DNA of 63,788 bases, taken from contig JBDTRY010000002.1 of assembly GCA_039931435.1 (NCBI GenBank), forward strand, positions 1 through 63,788, written 5' to 3'. Under the pieces are notes generated by a model. It was given only the letters and a program-made list of their open reading frames with translations. It made no database searches and was not told the DNA's origin. The position numbers and the translations under genes are program-made. This document shows, one piece after another, positions 1 to 9,504 of this stretch; positions within the stretch are counted from its first letter, which is position 1; each line of letters starts with the position of its first letter. Source of the stretch: Acidobacteriota bacterium. Its GTDB lineage: Bacteria > Acidobacteriota > Thermoanaerobaculia > Gp7-AA8.

Positions 1-38
1 CAGCGAGCGAAGGATCTCTTCAACGAGGAATGGGCTGG

Positions 39-86
39 CAACCGGGAAGGTGGAGGAGATCCTTCGCTCGACGATCAGGATGACAG
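39..86 (+). repeat. Dispersed intergenic repeat, module A (GCAACCGGGAAGGTGGAGGAGATCCTTCGCTCGACGATCAGGATGACAG)
   Basis: Near-identical to copies at 1569-1651(-), 1761-1797(-), 21185-21265(+), 33517-33565(+) and 37342-37424(+). Bases 1-20 (cagcgagcgaaggatctctt) are a partial module C copy at the window edge. Confidence 0.8.
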
Positions 87-206
87 CCGGCCATAGTGTT
101 TCCTGCCTCTGGCTCAGCGGCTCCCGCTGTCGGTCCGCTTTTAATGAAGCGCCTCCTCGTTGTTGAGGGTTTGGGAAGGACTGTCATTCCGAACGAGCTT
201 CGTTTC

Positions 207-249
207 GGGATGGCATGCCGTCGTAGTCGTGTTCATTCCGTGTGTCGCC
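207..249 (+). repeat. Dispersed intergenic repeat, module B (GGATGRCATGCCG..GTCGTGTYCATTC..); preceded by a partial module C at 182-200
   Basis: gggatggcatgccgtcgtagtcgtgttcattccgtgtgtcgcc resembles aggatgacatgccgcggaagtcgtgtcattcacgccacacc at 21222-21265. It has an internal TGACA/TGTCA inverted repeat. Confidence 0.65.
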
Positions 250-297
250 GGCGGTCACGCCGTCCCCCAGTGAACGGGAGCGCAGACAGTGCCATGA

Positions 298-1080
298 TTG
301 TTGCCAGAACACATAGCGACCGATTCAGACGGCAGTGACTTTTGTGACGTACCATTAGCTTCTCCTTCCAATCGCGTGGAGCAAGTCGTGTGCCCTTCGA
401 CCTCAGAATTGAAACTCATCGCTGACGGACCTGACGATGCGCCGCTGACTCTCATCCTCGCGCACGGCGCAGGAGGTCCTATGGACTCTCCTTTCATGCG
501 CACTGTGGCACGGGGACTGGCCGATTCCGGATTGAAAGTCATCCGATTCAACTTCAACTACATGAACGCTGCGGCTGAGTCCGGACGTCGTGGCCGACCG
601 GACAGCACGGAAAGCCTCCTGCAGCAGTGGCGGTATGTATTCAAGGAAGTCCGTGGCTCATCATCGAGAGTGGCCATCGGCGGGAAATCAATGGGAGGGA
701 GGATGGCCACGATGGTGGCCGACGAATTGGAAGCGGCCGCCGTCGTCTGTCTGGGCTATCCGTTCCATCCGCCCGGCCGCCCGGAGAAAGCGCGCACAGC
801 CCACCTCGAAGCTATGCGCACCCGGACACTGTTCGTCCAGGGAACGCGCGACTCTTTTGGTACGCCCGACGATGTGCAGGGCTACGCGCTCTCCCAACAG
901 ATTGAGATGGCCTGGATCGAAGACGGAGATCATTCTCTCAAGCCGCGCAAGTCCTCCGGTCGCACGGAGCCGGAGAACATCGACGAAGCGGTCAGCTTCA
1001 TTGTGAACTTTCTCGATGCTGGCAATTCCGCCGACGCGGACAGGCGGCGGCGAAGGAACCCAGGCAGTCAACGAAGGTGA
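298..1080 (+). CDS. Alpha/beta-fold hydrolase (KANL3/Tex30-like, dienelactone-hydrolase-like)
   Basis: Motifs LTLILAHGAGGPMDSPFM, nucleophile elbow GGKSMGGR and C-terminal DGDHSL. The TTG at 298 may be too far upstream; GTG 376 or 388 are alternative starts. The stop overlaps the arfB start (GTGA). Confidence 0.75.
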   Translation: MLPEHIATDSDGSDFCDVPLASPSNRVEQVVCPSTSELKLIADGPDDAPLTLILAHGAGGPMDSPFMRTVARGLADSGLKVIRFNFNYMNAAAESGRRGRPDSTESLLQQWRYVFKEVRGSSSRVAIGGKSMGGRMATMVADELEAAAVVCLGYPFHPPGRPEKARTAHLEAMRTRTLFVQGTRDSFGTPDDVQGYALSQQIEMAWIEDGDHSLKPRKSSGRTEPENIDEAVSFIVNFLDAGNSADADRRRRRNPGSQRR

Positions 1081-1490
1081 TCGAAATCAACGATGAGATA
1101 TCGATCCCGGATTCGGAGATCGAGTTCACCGCCTCACGCAGCGCCGGACCGGGCGGTCAGAACGTGAACAAGGTAAACAGCCGCATCACGGTTACTTTCG
1201 ATGTCGTACGTTCTGCTGCGTTGAATGACGAACAGAAGTCCAGAGTTCTGGACAGGCTGAAAACGAGGATCAGCCGTGCCGGAATTCTGCAGATCTCGTC
1301 GCAGAAACATCGCACGCAACTCGCTAATCGCGAAGCAGCTGTAGCTCGATTTGCAGAGCTCGTGGCCGAGGCGTTGCGCGAAGAGCGGCCGCGAAAGAAG
1401 TCGCGGCCGTCCAGAGCGGCCCGAGAGAAGCGCATCGAAGAGAAGAAGCGGCGTTCGGGACTCAAACGTGATCGGGGACGGATCGAGTGA
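1077..1490 (+). CDS. arfB: Alternative ribosome-rescue factor ArfB (peptidyl-tRNA hydrolase, YaeJ family)
   Basis: 137 aa with the GGQ motif (SAGPGGQNVNKVNS) and a basic C-terminal tail (RPRKKSRPSRAAREKRIEEKKRRSGLKRDR). This is the typical ArfB architecture. Confidence 0.9.
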   Translation: MIEINDEISIPDSEIEFTASRSAGPGGQNVNKVNSRITVTFDVVRSAALNDEQKSRVLDRLKTRISRAGILQISSQKHRTQLANREAAVARFAELVAEALREERPRKKSRPSRAAREKRIEEKKRRSGLKRDRGRIE

Positions 1491-1568
1491 CCGCGAATCC
1501 TCTTCCGTGTTGGAGCGAATGCCCCCGTTACGCGCGGCAGATCCCTCCTCGCTCCGCTCGCGCAAACG

Positions 1569-1651
1569 CCGGTGTGGCGTGAATGACACGACTTCCACGG
1601 CCTGTCATCCTGAAGCGCCGAGTGAAGGATCTCCTCCACCTTCCCGGTTGC
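1569..1651 (-). repeat. Dispersed intergenic repeat, full composite A+B copy (inverted orientation)
   Basis: The reverse complement reads gcaaccgggaaggtggaggagatccttcactcggcgcttcaggatgacaggccgtggaagtcgtgtcattcacgccacaccgg, nearly identical to 21185-21265. A partial module C lies at 1538-1563. Confidence 0.85.
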
Positions 1652-1760
1652 AGCGCGAGGAAGGGCACCCCCCTCGTTGACGAAATCCTTCGGTTGCTAC
1701 GCTCCCCCAAGGTTGACAACTTCTCAACGCCCCGTGACAACGCCGCTCGTTTCATCAAGA

Positions 1761-1797
1761 GTGTCGAGCGAAGAATCCGTTCTACCTGCCCGGTTGC
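1761..1797 (-). repeat. Dispersed intergenic repeat, degenerate module A copy
   Basis: gtgtcgagcgaagaatccgttctacctgcccggttgc resembles the reverse complement of gcaaccgggaaggtagaagagatccttcgctcgacgc. A module C-like piece follows at 1803-1826. Confidence 0.6.
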
Positions 1798-1913
1798 TCT
1801 GTAAGAGATCCCCCTCACTGCGAGCGCATTCTTTTATCTATCGTCTCGACCCCGTACTCGTGCGATAGACTCACGAAACAACCAATCGACAGACGAACCA
1901 GAGAGGTGAGCAG

Positions 1914-3920
1914 ATGACGAAGAAGCAGGAGCGGACGTTCAGCGAGTTTGCGCCGATAAAAATCAATCTGATCCTCGCCGTCGTTCTCACTGTGTTCGTT
2001 GCTGAACTGCCCGGCAACAAGCTGAAGGCGCAGTCGACGAAACCCTCTCCGGTTCCCGCCACATACACGCAGCTTCCGAGCGAGATCCCGTCGAAGTTCG
2101 TCCGCTCTACGGATACCTTCGACTACGAGCGGCGACTGGCCATGATTCCCATGCGCGACGGCGTGAAGCTGCACACGGTCATCCTCGTGCCGCGGGGCGC
2201 GAAACACGCTCCGATCCTTCTCACGCGCACTCCCTACGACGCTGACTCCCTTACCGCGCATTCGGAAAGCGGACACCTCGGTCCGTCCCTCCAGGGATAC
2301 GACAACGCCACCGACGTCATCGTCGAAGGCGGTTACATTCGTGTCGTTCAGGACGTTCGCGGCAAGTACGGCTCCGAGGGCGACTATGTAATGAATCGTC
2401 CGCTGCGCGGGCCTCTCAACTCCACGCCGGTGGACCATGCCACCGACACCTACGACACCATCGACTGGCTGGTGAAGAACGTCCCCGAGTCCAATGGCAA
2501 GGTTGGAATCCTCGGAATTTCGTATGACGGATTCCTGCCATTGATGGCTCTCGTCAATCCCCACCCGGCGCTGAAAGTCTCCGTGCCGATGAATCCCATG
2601 GTGGACGGCTGGATGGGCGACGACTGGTTTCACAACGGCGCCTTCCGTCAACAGGGAATGTCGTACATCTATGACCAGGAAGCGGACCGCAAGAATGACG
2701 AGAAGTGGTGGACGAACCATTTCGATGACTACGACATGTTTCTGGCCGCCGGTTCTGCCGGCGAGCTGGCGCGCATCCACGGGATGAATAGCCTCGGCTT
2801 CTGGCGGAAGCTCGTCGAACACCCTGCCTACGACGCCTTCTGGCGCGAACAGGCTGTGGACAAGCTGCTCGCTGCCCAGCCCTTGAAAGTTCCGGTCATG
2901 CTCGTGCACAGCCTGTGGGATCAGGAAGACATCTACGGCGCCCCCGCGGTCTACCGGGCCATCGAACCCAAGGACACCGCCAACGACATGGTCTACCTCG
3001 TCCTCGGCCCGTGGTTTCATGGACAGGAAATTCGTGACGGCAGCTTCCTGGGCGCCATCCGCTTCAACGGCGACACGTCACTCTGGTTCCGCCAGAATGT
3101 CCTCCGTCCATTTCTCGATCACTATCTGAAGGATGACGCGCCGGCGATGGACGTCGCGCCGGTAACCGCCTTCGAGACAGGGACCAACCGCTGGCTGCGT
3201 CTCCAGTCCTGGCCCTCGGGTTGCGCCGCCGGCTGCCCGGTCAAACCCACCCCGCTCTATCTGCAGGCAGGACAGAAACTGGGTTTCTCCGCTCCGCATG
3301 ACGGGAACGCAGCCTTCGATGAATACGTTTCTGATCCGGCGAAGCCCGTGCCGTTCGTCTCCCGTCCCGTCGGCTCGGGGCAATGGCGTACGTGGCTCGT
3401 CAGCGATCAGCGCGAATCCTCGGGACGGACCGATGTGGCCACGTTTGCTTCCGACCCGCTCACCGAATCCGTGAAGATCAGCGGCCAGCCCGTGGCGAAT
3501 CTTGTGGCATCAACGAGCGGGACCGATTCGGACTGGGTGGTGAAACTCATCGATGTCTATCCCGACGAGGTGGCGGCGCAGCCGGAGATGGGCGGCTATC
3601 AATTGATGATCTCCGCCGACATTTTTCGAGGACGCTACCGCCAGGGCCTGGACGAGGCGAAGCCGATTTCGGCCAACGAACCGTTGCTCTACCGGTTTGC
3701 CCTGCCGACCGCCGACCACGTGTTTCTGCCGGGACACCGCATGATGGTCCAGGTGCAATCGACATGGTTCCCGCTCTACGACCGCAACCCGCAGACATTC
3801 GTTCCGAACATCTTCCTGGCCAGACCCGCTGAATACGCGAAGGCCATTCAGCGGATCTACCACGCTCCGGGTGCAGCCAGTTTCGTGGAGCTGCCGATGG
3901 TGAACATGGAGGGTCACTGA
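1914..3920 (+). CDS. CocE/NonD-family serine hydrolase (S15 Xaa-Pro dipeptidyl-peptidase-like), secreted
   Basis: 668 aa with a hydrophobic N-terminal signal-like segment. Motifs LLTRTPYD and GISYDGF (nucleophile Ser), followed by a long C-terminal beta-sandwich region typical of CocE/NonD. Confidence 0.88.
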   Translation: MTKKQERTFSEFAPIKINLILAVVLTVFVAELPGNKLKAQSTKPSPVPATYTQLPSEIPSKFVRSTDTFDYERRLAMIPMRDGVKLHTVILVPRGAKHAPILLTRTPYDADSLTAHSESGHLGPSLQGYDNATDVIVEGGYIRVVQDVRGKYGSEGDYVMNRPLRGPLNSTPVDHATDTYDTIDWLVKNVPESNGKVGILGISYDGFLPLMALVNPHPALKVSVPMNPMVDGWMGDDWFHNGAFRQQGMSYIYDQEADRKNDEKWWTNHFDDYDMFLAAGSAGELARIHGMNSLGFWRKLVEHPAYDAFWREQAVDKLLAAQPLKVPVMLVHSLWDQEDIYGAPAVYRAIEPKDTANDMVYLVLGPWFHGQEIRDGSFLGAIRFNGDTSLWFRQNVLRPFLDHYLKDDAPAMDVAPVTAFETGTNRWLRLQSWPSGCAAGCPVKPTPLYLQAGQKLGFSAPHDGNAAFDEYVSDPAKPVPFVSRPVGSGQWRTWLVSDQRESSGRTDVATFASDPLTESVKISGQPVANLVASTSGTDSDWVVKLIDVYPDEVAAQPEMGGYQLMISADIFRGRYRQGLDEAKPISANEPLLYRFALPTADHVFLPGHRMMVQVQSTWFPLYDRNPQTFVPNIFLARPAEYAKAIQRIYHAPGAASFVELPMVNMEGH

Positions 3921-3934
3921 GACGAGCCAGGTTA

Positions 3935-4105
3935 AGGGGGTATCCCTTTGAAGCGGGTCTGCCGATCACAGGTGCTGTACTGGCCGATCAATTGAAGAGC
4001 CTCGACCGGCTGGCCCGGAACTCGCTTCGCGTCTGCAGCCTCCCAGCGGAAATCATTGGCGCGGTTCTCCAGAAGGCTTCGCTACTGGTCTCGCCGACCC
4101 GCTGA
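3935..4105 (+). pseudogene. MazF/PemK-type toxin remnant (C-terminal half only)
   Basis: The frame starting right after the upstream stop reads RGYPFEAGLPITGAVLADQLKSLDRLARNSLRVCSLPAEIIGAVLQKASLLVSPTR*. It resembles the MazF C-terminus (KGYPFEV...GVALADQVKSIAWRARGA...). There is no start codon, no N-terminal half and no antitoxin. Confidence 0.5.
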
Positions 4106-4240
4106 CCTACGCAGCAGGTGGCGCACCCCACGGCCCTTGCGCGCTCCACCGGACACCGCCTCGACACACGATTGTTGCAGCTAAGGCCTTCCCGACATAT
4201 CGTGTCGTAATCCCGTCACTGTGGAAAGGGGATTGCGGCT

Positions 4241-7216
4241 ATGCGACGTCGTGCCCTGATGCTTGCCAGCTGTCTGTTGGTTGCGGGAGCTCTGTCGGGA
4301 CAGGACCGCGTTGTCAACGGTTCCTTCGACAGCAATACATCATCGTGGCAGTCCGATCCCCGGTTCGCATCCTTCACTACACTGCAGTGGACCTCGGTCG
4401 ATGGCAACGGCGCTGCAGAAATCGTCACCGCCTCTGCCGATCCGGGCGCATCCTATGTTTACAGTCAATGCATGGCCGTATCTCCCGGAGAAGCGCTGGT
4501 GTTTCGCGGGCGGCTGCGTCGTCCGTCCGGCCAGGCATCGCAAGGCAACGGATGGATCTTTCTCTATTGGTACAAAGAAGCGAATTGCTTGACGGGGAGC
4601 GCCGGGTTCGGCGCTGGAGCCGGTCCCACATCGGACGACGAGGAGGCCTGGCAGACTTACGGGCTCAATCCGCTCACCGTCCCGCCTGACGCCCGGGGTG
4701 CGGTAATCGGATTGATCGTTGGTAAGTACTCGACCGGTGGCTCGTACCGGATACTCTTCGACGACCTCACACTGCTGGGAACCAGCGTTGCACCTGCCAT
4801 CAGCATCACCGGTCCATCGGCGGCGGTTCAAAACACTCCCGTCACCTTCGCCGCGGCCGCGACCAACTGTCAGCCGGGCGCCAACGGATGGACCTGGGTC
4901 GTAACGGGCGGAACGATCTCGGGAAGTTCCACGGGCCCGCAGGTTTCGGTGAACTTCGGCAACGCAGGCAATGCTTCTGTCACGGCTACGAATTCGGCGT
5001 GCGGAAGCGCTACGGTGACTGTACCCGTGGCAGTGTCGCCGCAGGCGCCGGATATCGTCGTCTCTTCGCTGCCTCTGGCCATGGTGCAGTACGCGACCCT
5101 GACAGGCGGAGCCACGCGGTACATCCTCACCAATCGAGGGGGCTCGACCACCACCGTCACTCTGAGCGCCGATGCGCCCTTTTTCGTCCATGACAGTTCG
5201 GCAGTGACGATCGGTCCCGGACTATCCCAGTTCGTCTACATTTCCGGGAGAGCCCAGCCTCAAGGCCCGTATCAAGGCAACTCCAGAATCTCCGGCGCCG
5301 GAGTGCCGGGAGGTCTCTCAGTCGCTGTGAGTATGGCCTCTACGGGGATCCCCATCGGACCTACCGCCGCATCCGCCTCGGGAGGACAGACCGAGGTGAA
5401 CGGTCCTCCGGGAACGAATCCCACCGGCTCGGTAACTTTTCGCAACGACGGAACAGTGTTGCTGGAGGGTGTGGTCTCAACGGACGTGCCGTGGCTGATC
5501 CTGGCCACGACATTCGTCTCCATTCCGGTCGGTCAATCCGTACAGGTCAACTTCACCATCGATCTCGCTGCAAAGGCGGCCCTGGGCAATCTGGGTTCCG
5601 GCACTGCTACGATCGTTCTGCGCTTCCCCCGTTCGCCGTTTTTCCTGAAACAGTCCGAGGCTCTTACGACCGCGCAGGAAGTCACGCCGCCGGCCACAAG
5701 CCGCACGGCGGCGGCGGTCGTGGCCACGGCCACCACGCCGCTCTCCTCTGCGGCCATCCCGCCCTTCGGCATCGGCGACTTCGCCTTGGTGGTCCCTCTG
5801 ATCGGCGGCGCGGACGCAAGAACGGACCTCACTCTCGGCGGTCAACTGCCATCCACATCGATCGCCGGCGCCAATATGTATCTCCTTCCCGTGGGCGGCT
5901 CGTCGGCCTCTCTCGCCACTCTGCCCACATTCGGTCCGAACCCACTTTCATATTCGAACATCACGAAAAATCTCTTTCAGCAGTCCACCCCCACTGGCTC
6001 GTTGCAGATTCGCAGTGCATCGAACGATTCCGTGGTGCCGTCGGCAACGCTGCGTACCAGTGCTTCCGGCAGCGTATTCACCAGCGTCCTTCCCGTGTTC
6101 CGCTCCGACCGAGCTTCCGGGTCGGAAGATACGATCACGCTGCCGGGGCTGCGAAAGGACCAGAGCGTATCGACCGACCTCTATCTGCAGGAGTTGGCCG
6201 GCTTCACCGCGAATGCCTCGCTCGAGTTCCGCTCCGATTCGGGCGCGGTGGTTTCTTCAACGTCGCGGGACCTCACCGCTTTCGGGGTAACGAGCCTGAT
6301 CGACGCCGTGCCCGCGGGTGCAACGCAGCTGGCGGTAAGGGTCTCCGGCTCGGGCAGGGCAACCGTCTACGCCGTGACTCGGCACACTACGGGTGAGCGC
6401 GCGGTGATTGCCGACTGGCGCCGTGTATATGGCGTTCCAGCAACCGAGCCGTTGATCCTGCCCATCGTGGCCGCGCGGCGAGCAGGTCCGGGTATCGGCA
6501 GGTACGACCTTCAGCTTTCGAACAGAGCCGGCTCTGGAACGGCCACGATTACGGCCGATCTTTACCGGCAGCAGTCGCGGTCGAGGGGTGCGATCCGAGG
6601 CTCACGGGGAGTGCAGACGCCGCTGACGAAATCGTGGACTGTCCCTGCAGGTACGAACCGCCTGATCCGTGATGTCGCTCTCGAGTTCGGAGTAGGTTCT
6701 CTTGAGGGGCACCTCACACTGAAGGCCACCGGCGGCGATGTGACGATGATTGCCGAGGGAATCGACACGTCGACCGGCGATGATTTTCCGACGATCGCGG
6801 TCCCCCTGCTGCCGCTTTCGATCGCCAAGGCGAACGGAGTGGTGTCGCCGTTCACGTTTGACGACTCGCCGCTTACAGAAGTGCCTCGTAACGGGACGCT
6901 CCGAACCGACCTCGGGCTGATCGAGACCGCGGGCGCGGAAGCGCGGGTGCGGATCACTCTCAACTACCCCCAGAAGACCTCCAGCGCCTCCGTTCCCGTT
7001 CCCTCCACAGAATTCGTGCTGGCTCCGAACCAGTCATTGACGGTCGAGGACATCGTGGCCACGCTGGTGGGACTGGACAAACGAGCCGAGCTGGGGGACC
7101 TCTATGGCGCCACTCTGAAAGCTCAGCTCGTCTCCGGCGGTGGACGAGTCCTGACGTATCTCATTCAGCACGACAATGCTACCGAGCAGCTGTCGCTTCG
7201 TCCTCCGTACCGCTGA
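4241..7216 (+). CDS. Large secreted multidomain protein: CBM-like jelly-roll + PKD-like Ig + ~730-aa shared C-terminal module
   Basis: Signal peptide MRRRALMLASCLLVAGALSGQ. NGSFDSNTSSW-type CBM_4_9-like N-terminus. PKD-like segment ISITGPSAAVQNTPVTFAAAATNC...SVTATNSACGSATVTV. The C-terminal 727 aa are colinear with the C-terminus of ORF 9505-13452. Confidence 0.85.
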   Translation: MRRRALMLASCLLVAGALSGQDRVVNGSFDSNTSSWQSDPRFASFTTLQWTSVDGNGAAEIVTASADPGASYVYSQCMAVSPGEALVFRGRLRRPSGQASQGNGWIFLYWYKEANCLTGSAGFGAGAGPTSDDEEAWQTYGLNPLTVPPDARGAVIGLIVGKYSTGGSYRILFDDLTLLGTSVAPAISITGPSAAVQNTPVTFAAAATNCQPGANGWTWVVTGGTISGSSTGPQVSVNFGNAGNASVTATNSACGSATVTVPVAVSPQAPDIVVSSLPLAMVQYATLTGGATRYILTNRGGSTTTVTLSADAPFFVHDSSAVTIGPGLSQFVYISGRAQPQGPYQGNSRISGAGVPGGLSVAVSMASTGIPIGPTAASASGGQTEVNGPPGTNPTGSVTFRNDGTVLLEGVVSTDVPWLILATTFVSIPVGQSVQVNFTIDLAAKAALGNLGSGTATIVLRFPRSPFFLKQSEALTTAQEVTPPATSRTAAAVVATATTPLSSAAIPPFGIGDFALVVPLIGGADARTDLTLGGQLPSTSIAGANMYLLPVGGSSASLATLPTFGPNPLSYSNITKNLFQQSTPTGSLQIRSASNDSVVPSATLRTSASGSVFTSVLPVFRSDRASGSEDTITLPGLRKDQSVSTDLYLQELAGFTANASLEFRSDSGAVVSSTSRDLTAFGVTSLIDAVPAGATQLAVRVSGSGRATVYAVTRHTTGERAVIADWRRVYGVPATEPLILPIVAARRAGPGIGRYDLQLSNRAGSGTATITADLYRQQSRSRGAIRGSRGVQTPLTKSWTVPAGTNRLIRDVALEFGVGSLEGHLTLKATGGDVTMIAEGIDTSTGDDFPTIAVPLLPLSIAKANGVVSPFTFDDSPLTEVPRNGTLRTDLGLIETAGAEARVRITLNYPQKTSSASVPVPSTEFVLAPNQSLTVEDIVATLVGLDKRAELGDLYGATLKAQLVSGGGRVLTYLIQHDNATEQLSLRPPYR

Positions 7217-7304
7217 GGCGCGTCTCGCTCGTTACTCACCACTTCCTGGTTATCGCAATGGCGTGTCGTGATTTCAACCTGTCTTCGCGCCTTACAATCC
7301 AGAG

Positions 7305-8195
7305 GTGATGCGGGGCTATAGACGACGCGGCGCGCTTGCCGACCTCGTAACCCAGCAATGGGTGAGGTGGACCGGGCGGAATATCGACCCGGCCCGCACG
7401 TCGTGGCTGTCAGGGCCCATCGGCGACCCTTCGGGGATCGGACGCGACTTTTTCATCGGGCTTGCTTCTTCGGAGGGGTTGCAAGTGCGGCGCAGCGGCG
7501 GAACCCGTGGGCTGCTGGCCATGAAGCAGCTTCGGGGCCCGGGGTTCGACCCGGCGGAGGTCGCTCCTGCAGTCCGTGACTTCTACGAACATACCTCTGA
7601 TTTCGAACTGGACAGCTGGGCGGAGTGGTGCGGTGTTTTCCGCCCGTTCGGCTGGCTCCTCACGGTGATGTTCAGCCGCCGGCTCCAGCAGCTGAACATG
7701 CCTCTACGACCGCTCGATACGAGCGGCGGCACGGTGAGTGAAATCATTCATCTCCAGGATCCGGCGTCCGGGGAAGTGATGTACACGGCATGGCTGCGAG
7801 AACTGCGGCGCACAGGCAATGTTCTCTACGCCGGTTGCTACTCGACGGCCGGTGTGCCCGGGTATCAGTCGCCCTGTGTCAAAGTCGTCTTCCCACTCCC
7901 GAACGGAAATGCAATCGTGCTTCTTCGTCCCTCGGTCGGAGAAGACGGCGCCTTGACCATTCTTTCGTCGGGCCGGCGTTTTGGCGATCCGGGGTTCTAC
8001 TTCACGGTGCGCGATCCCGAGGGGACAGTGCGGGCGCGGTACGTTCGCACCATGCGGGAGAAAATCCGTGTTTATGCGGACGGGAACGGCGCAGTACGGG
8101 CGGACCACACCCTGGCGATCTGGGGCACGGTATTCCTCCGTCTACACTACAAATGTACCCGCCGGCAGCAGACACCGGCCAGTCAAGACGGATAG
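7305..8195 (+). CDS. Hypothetical protein (no family assignable from memory)
   Basis: 296-aa ORF on the same strand as its neighbours, with non-repetitive and plausible composition. Start uncertain (GTG 7305 or ATG 7308). Confidence 0.55.
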   Translation: MMRGYRRRGALADLVTQQWVRWTGRNIDPARTSWLSGPIGDPSGIGRDFFIGLASSEGLQVRRSGGTRGLLAMKQLRGPGFDPAEVAPAVRDFYEHTSDFELDSWAEWCGVFRPFGWLLTVMFSRRLQQLNMPLRPLDTSGGTVSEIIHLQDPASGEVMYTAWLRELRRTGNVLYAGCYSTAGVPGYQSPCVKVVFPLPNGNAIVLLRPSVGEDGALTILSSGRRFGDPGFYFTVRDPEGTVRARYVRTMREKIRVYADGNGAVRADHTLAIWGTVFLRLHYKCTRRQQTPASQDG

Positions 8196-8338
8196 TAAAA
8201 GTTGTTTCGCGAGCGGGTCGGAGAGCCGACTATACTTCCGGTGTTTCTTCCGGCTTCCGAACGAACGAGACATCATCGGGAGCCGAATCTGGTAAGCGTC
8301 CGATCACATTTCTGGTGGGCATTTGAAAGGAGGCCGCA

Positions 8339-8659
8339 GTGCCGAAATATCTGCTTCAGGCCAATTATGTTGGCGATGGCGTCAAGGGACTTCTCAAAGA
8401 GGGAGGCACGAATCGTCGCGCTGCCGCCGAGATGGGTGTGCAATCGCTCGGTGGCTCGATCGAGTCGTTTTACTACGCCTTCGGCGAGACCGATGCTTAC
8501 GTCATCGCGGACCTGCCTGACAACGTGAGCATGGCGGCACTGGCCCTGACGATCAGTGCCACCGGCGCAGTGGGTGTGAAGACCACTGTCCTGATCACGC
8601 CTGAAGACCTCGACGCAGCGGTAAAAAAGTCGCCGGGGTATCGCGGTCCGGGACAGTAG
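8339..8659 (+). CDS. GYD-domain protein
   Basis: MPKYLLQANYVGDGVKGLLKEGGTNRRAAAEMGVQSLGGSIESFYYAFGETDAYVIADLPDN... matches the GYD family pattern over the full length (106 aa). Confidence 0.85.
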   Translation: MPKYLLQANYVGDGVKGLLKEGGTNRRAAAEMGVQSLGGSIESFYYAFGETDAYVIADLPDNVSMAALALTISATGAVGVKTTVLITPEDLDAAVKKSPGYRGPGQ

Positions 8660-8663
8660 GCGA

Positions 8664-8700
8664 TTCCGCAGCGCGGAACACGATCCTCAGCCTGAGGATC
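8664..8700 (+). terminator. Two adjacent hairpins downstream of the GYD gene (possible terminator, no U-tract)
   Basis: TTCCGCagcGCGGAA at 8664-8678 and palindrome GATCCTCAGcCTGAGGATC at 8682-8700, immediately after the stop at 8659. Confidence 0.3.
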
Positions 8701-8841
8701 TGAAACGGCTGACCGAACTGGCCGTGCGGGGTCAGGAATGTCTAGTTTGCGCAAATACGATGGCGCTGACCGGAAGGCTTCCGTCGGGTTTGCAGATCCC
8801 CAGGCGGCTGCTGAGAGAGAAGACCCGCTTTCCATCGGAAG

Positions 8842-9222
8842 ATGAAAATGCAACCTGACTCCTCCCACAGCGAACTGCTCTTCTCCTACGGCACGCTTCA
8901 ACTGGAAGCGGTGCAGACGGCATTGTTTCGACGGCTTCTGAAAGGCAGCATCGACGCACTTCCGGGCTTCGTGCTGGTCTCGTTGAAGATCGACGATCCG
9001 CTGGTCGTGGCCATCAGCGGCAAGGAGTTCCACACCATGGCCTCGTTCACTGGAAGGAGCGCGGACGCCGTTCCCGGAACCGTGTTTGCCCTCACTCCCG
9101 AAGAGCTGAAGAACGCGGACGGATACGAAGTGCCGGCGTTAAAGAGGGTGAGCGCGGTTCTGCAGTCAGGACTACGTGCCTGGGTATACATCGACGCCCG
9201 AAGCACGCCGGTGCAGTCGTGA
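8842..9222 (+). CDS. Gamma-glutamylcyclotransferase-like (GGCT/AIG2-like) family protein
   Basis: LFSYGTLQ motif near the N-terminus and a size (126 aa) typical of the AIG2/GGCT-like fold. Confidence 0.7.
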   Translation: MKMQPDSSHSELLFSYGTLQLEAVQTALFRRLLKGSIDALPGFVLVSLKIDDPLVVAISGKEFHTMASFTGRSADAVPGTVFALTPEELKNADGYEVPALKRVSAVLQSGLRAWVYIDARSTPVQS

Positions 9223-9257
9223 CCACGTCATGGCGGATGAGTCGCGAGACACTGGCC

Positions 9258-9280
9258 GGTGTGACATCCCTTCGCTCACC
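9258..9280 (+). repeat. Short repeat GGTGTGACATCCCTTCGCTCACC (degenerate module C relative)
   Basis: A second copy (ggggtgacattccttcgctcacc) lies at 13471-13493. Both lie just downstream of a stop codon (9222 and 13452). Confidence 0.6.
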
Positions 9281-9504
9281 TACCGGGACGCTCCGCGCGC
9301 AGGCCATCCGCTTTTACCAGGCTCCAGGATCTGTTTCCTCGCACGATTGATTGATGATGCAACTGCAGCCATCTTCCAATGCTGAAGAGGTAGCATACGG
9401 TTGAACCGCTCCTTGGAGACCAGTCGGAGTAGCGACCAAAATGAATTCTTTATCCTTAACGGAGTCGTGCGTCGTGCCGATGAGGAGTTTCGCTGGAGGG
9501 TGCC

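Noticed and set aside
1815-3020. 401-aa minus-strand ORF antisense to the CocE-family gene.
   Set aside because: It lies entirely inside a confidently identified plus-strand gene. Its composition is Arg/Gly/Val/His-rich and non-protein-like, which is the typical high-GC shadow ORF.
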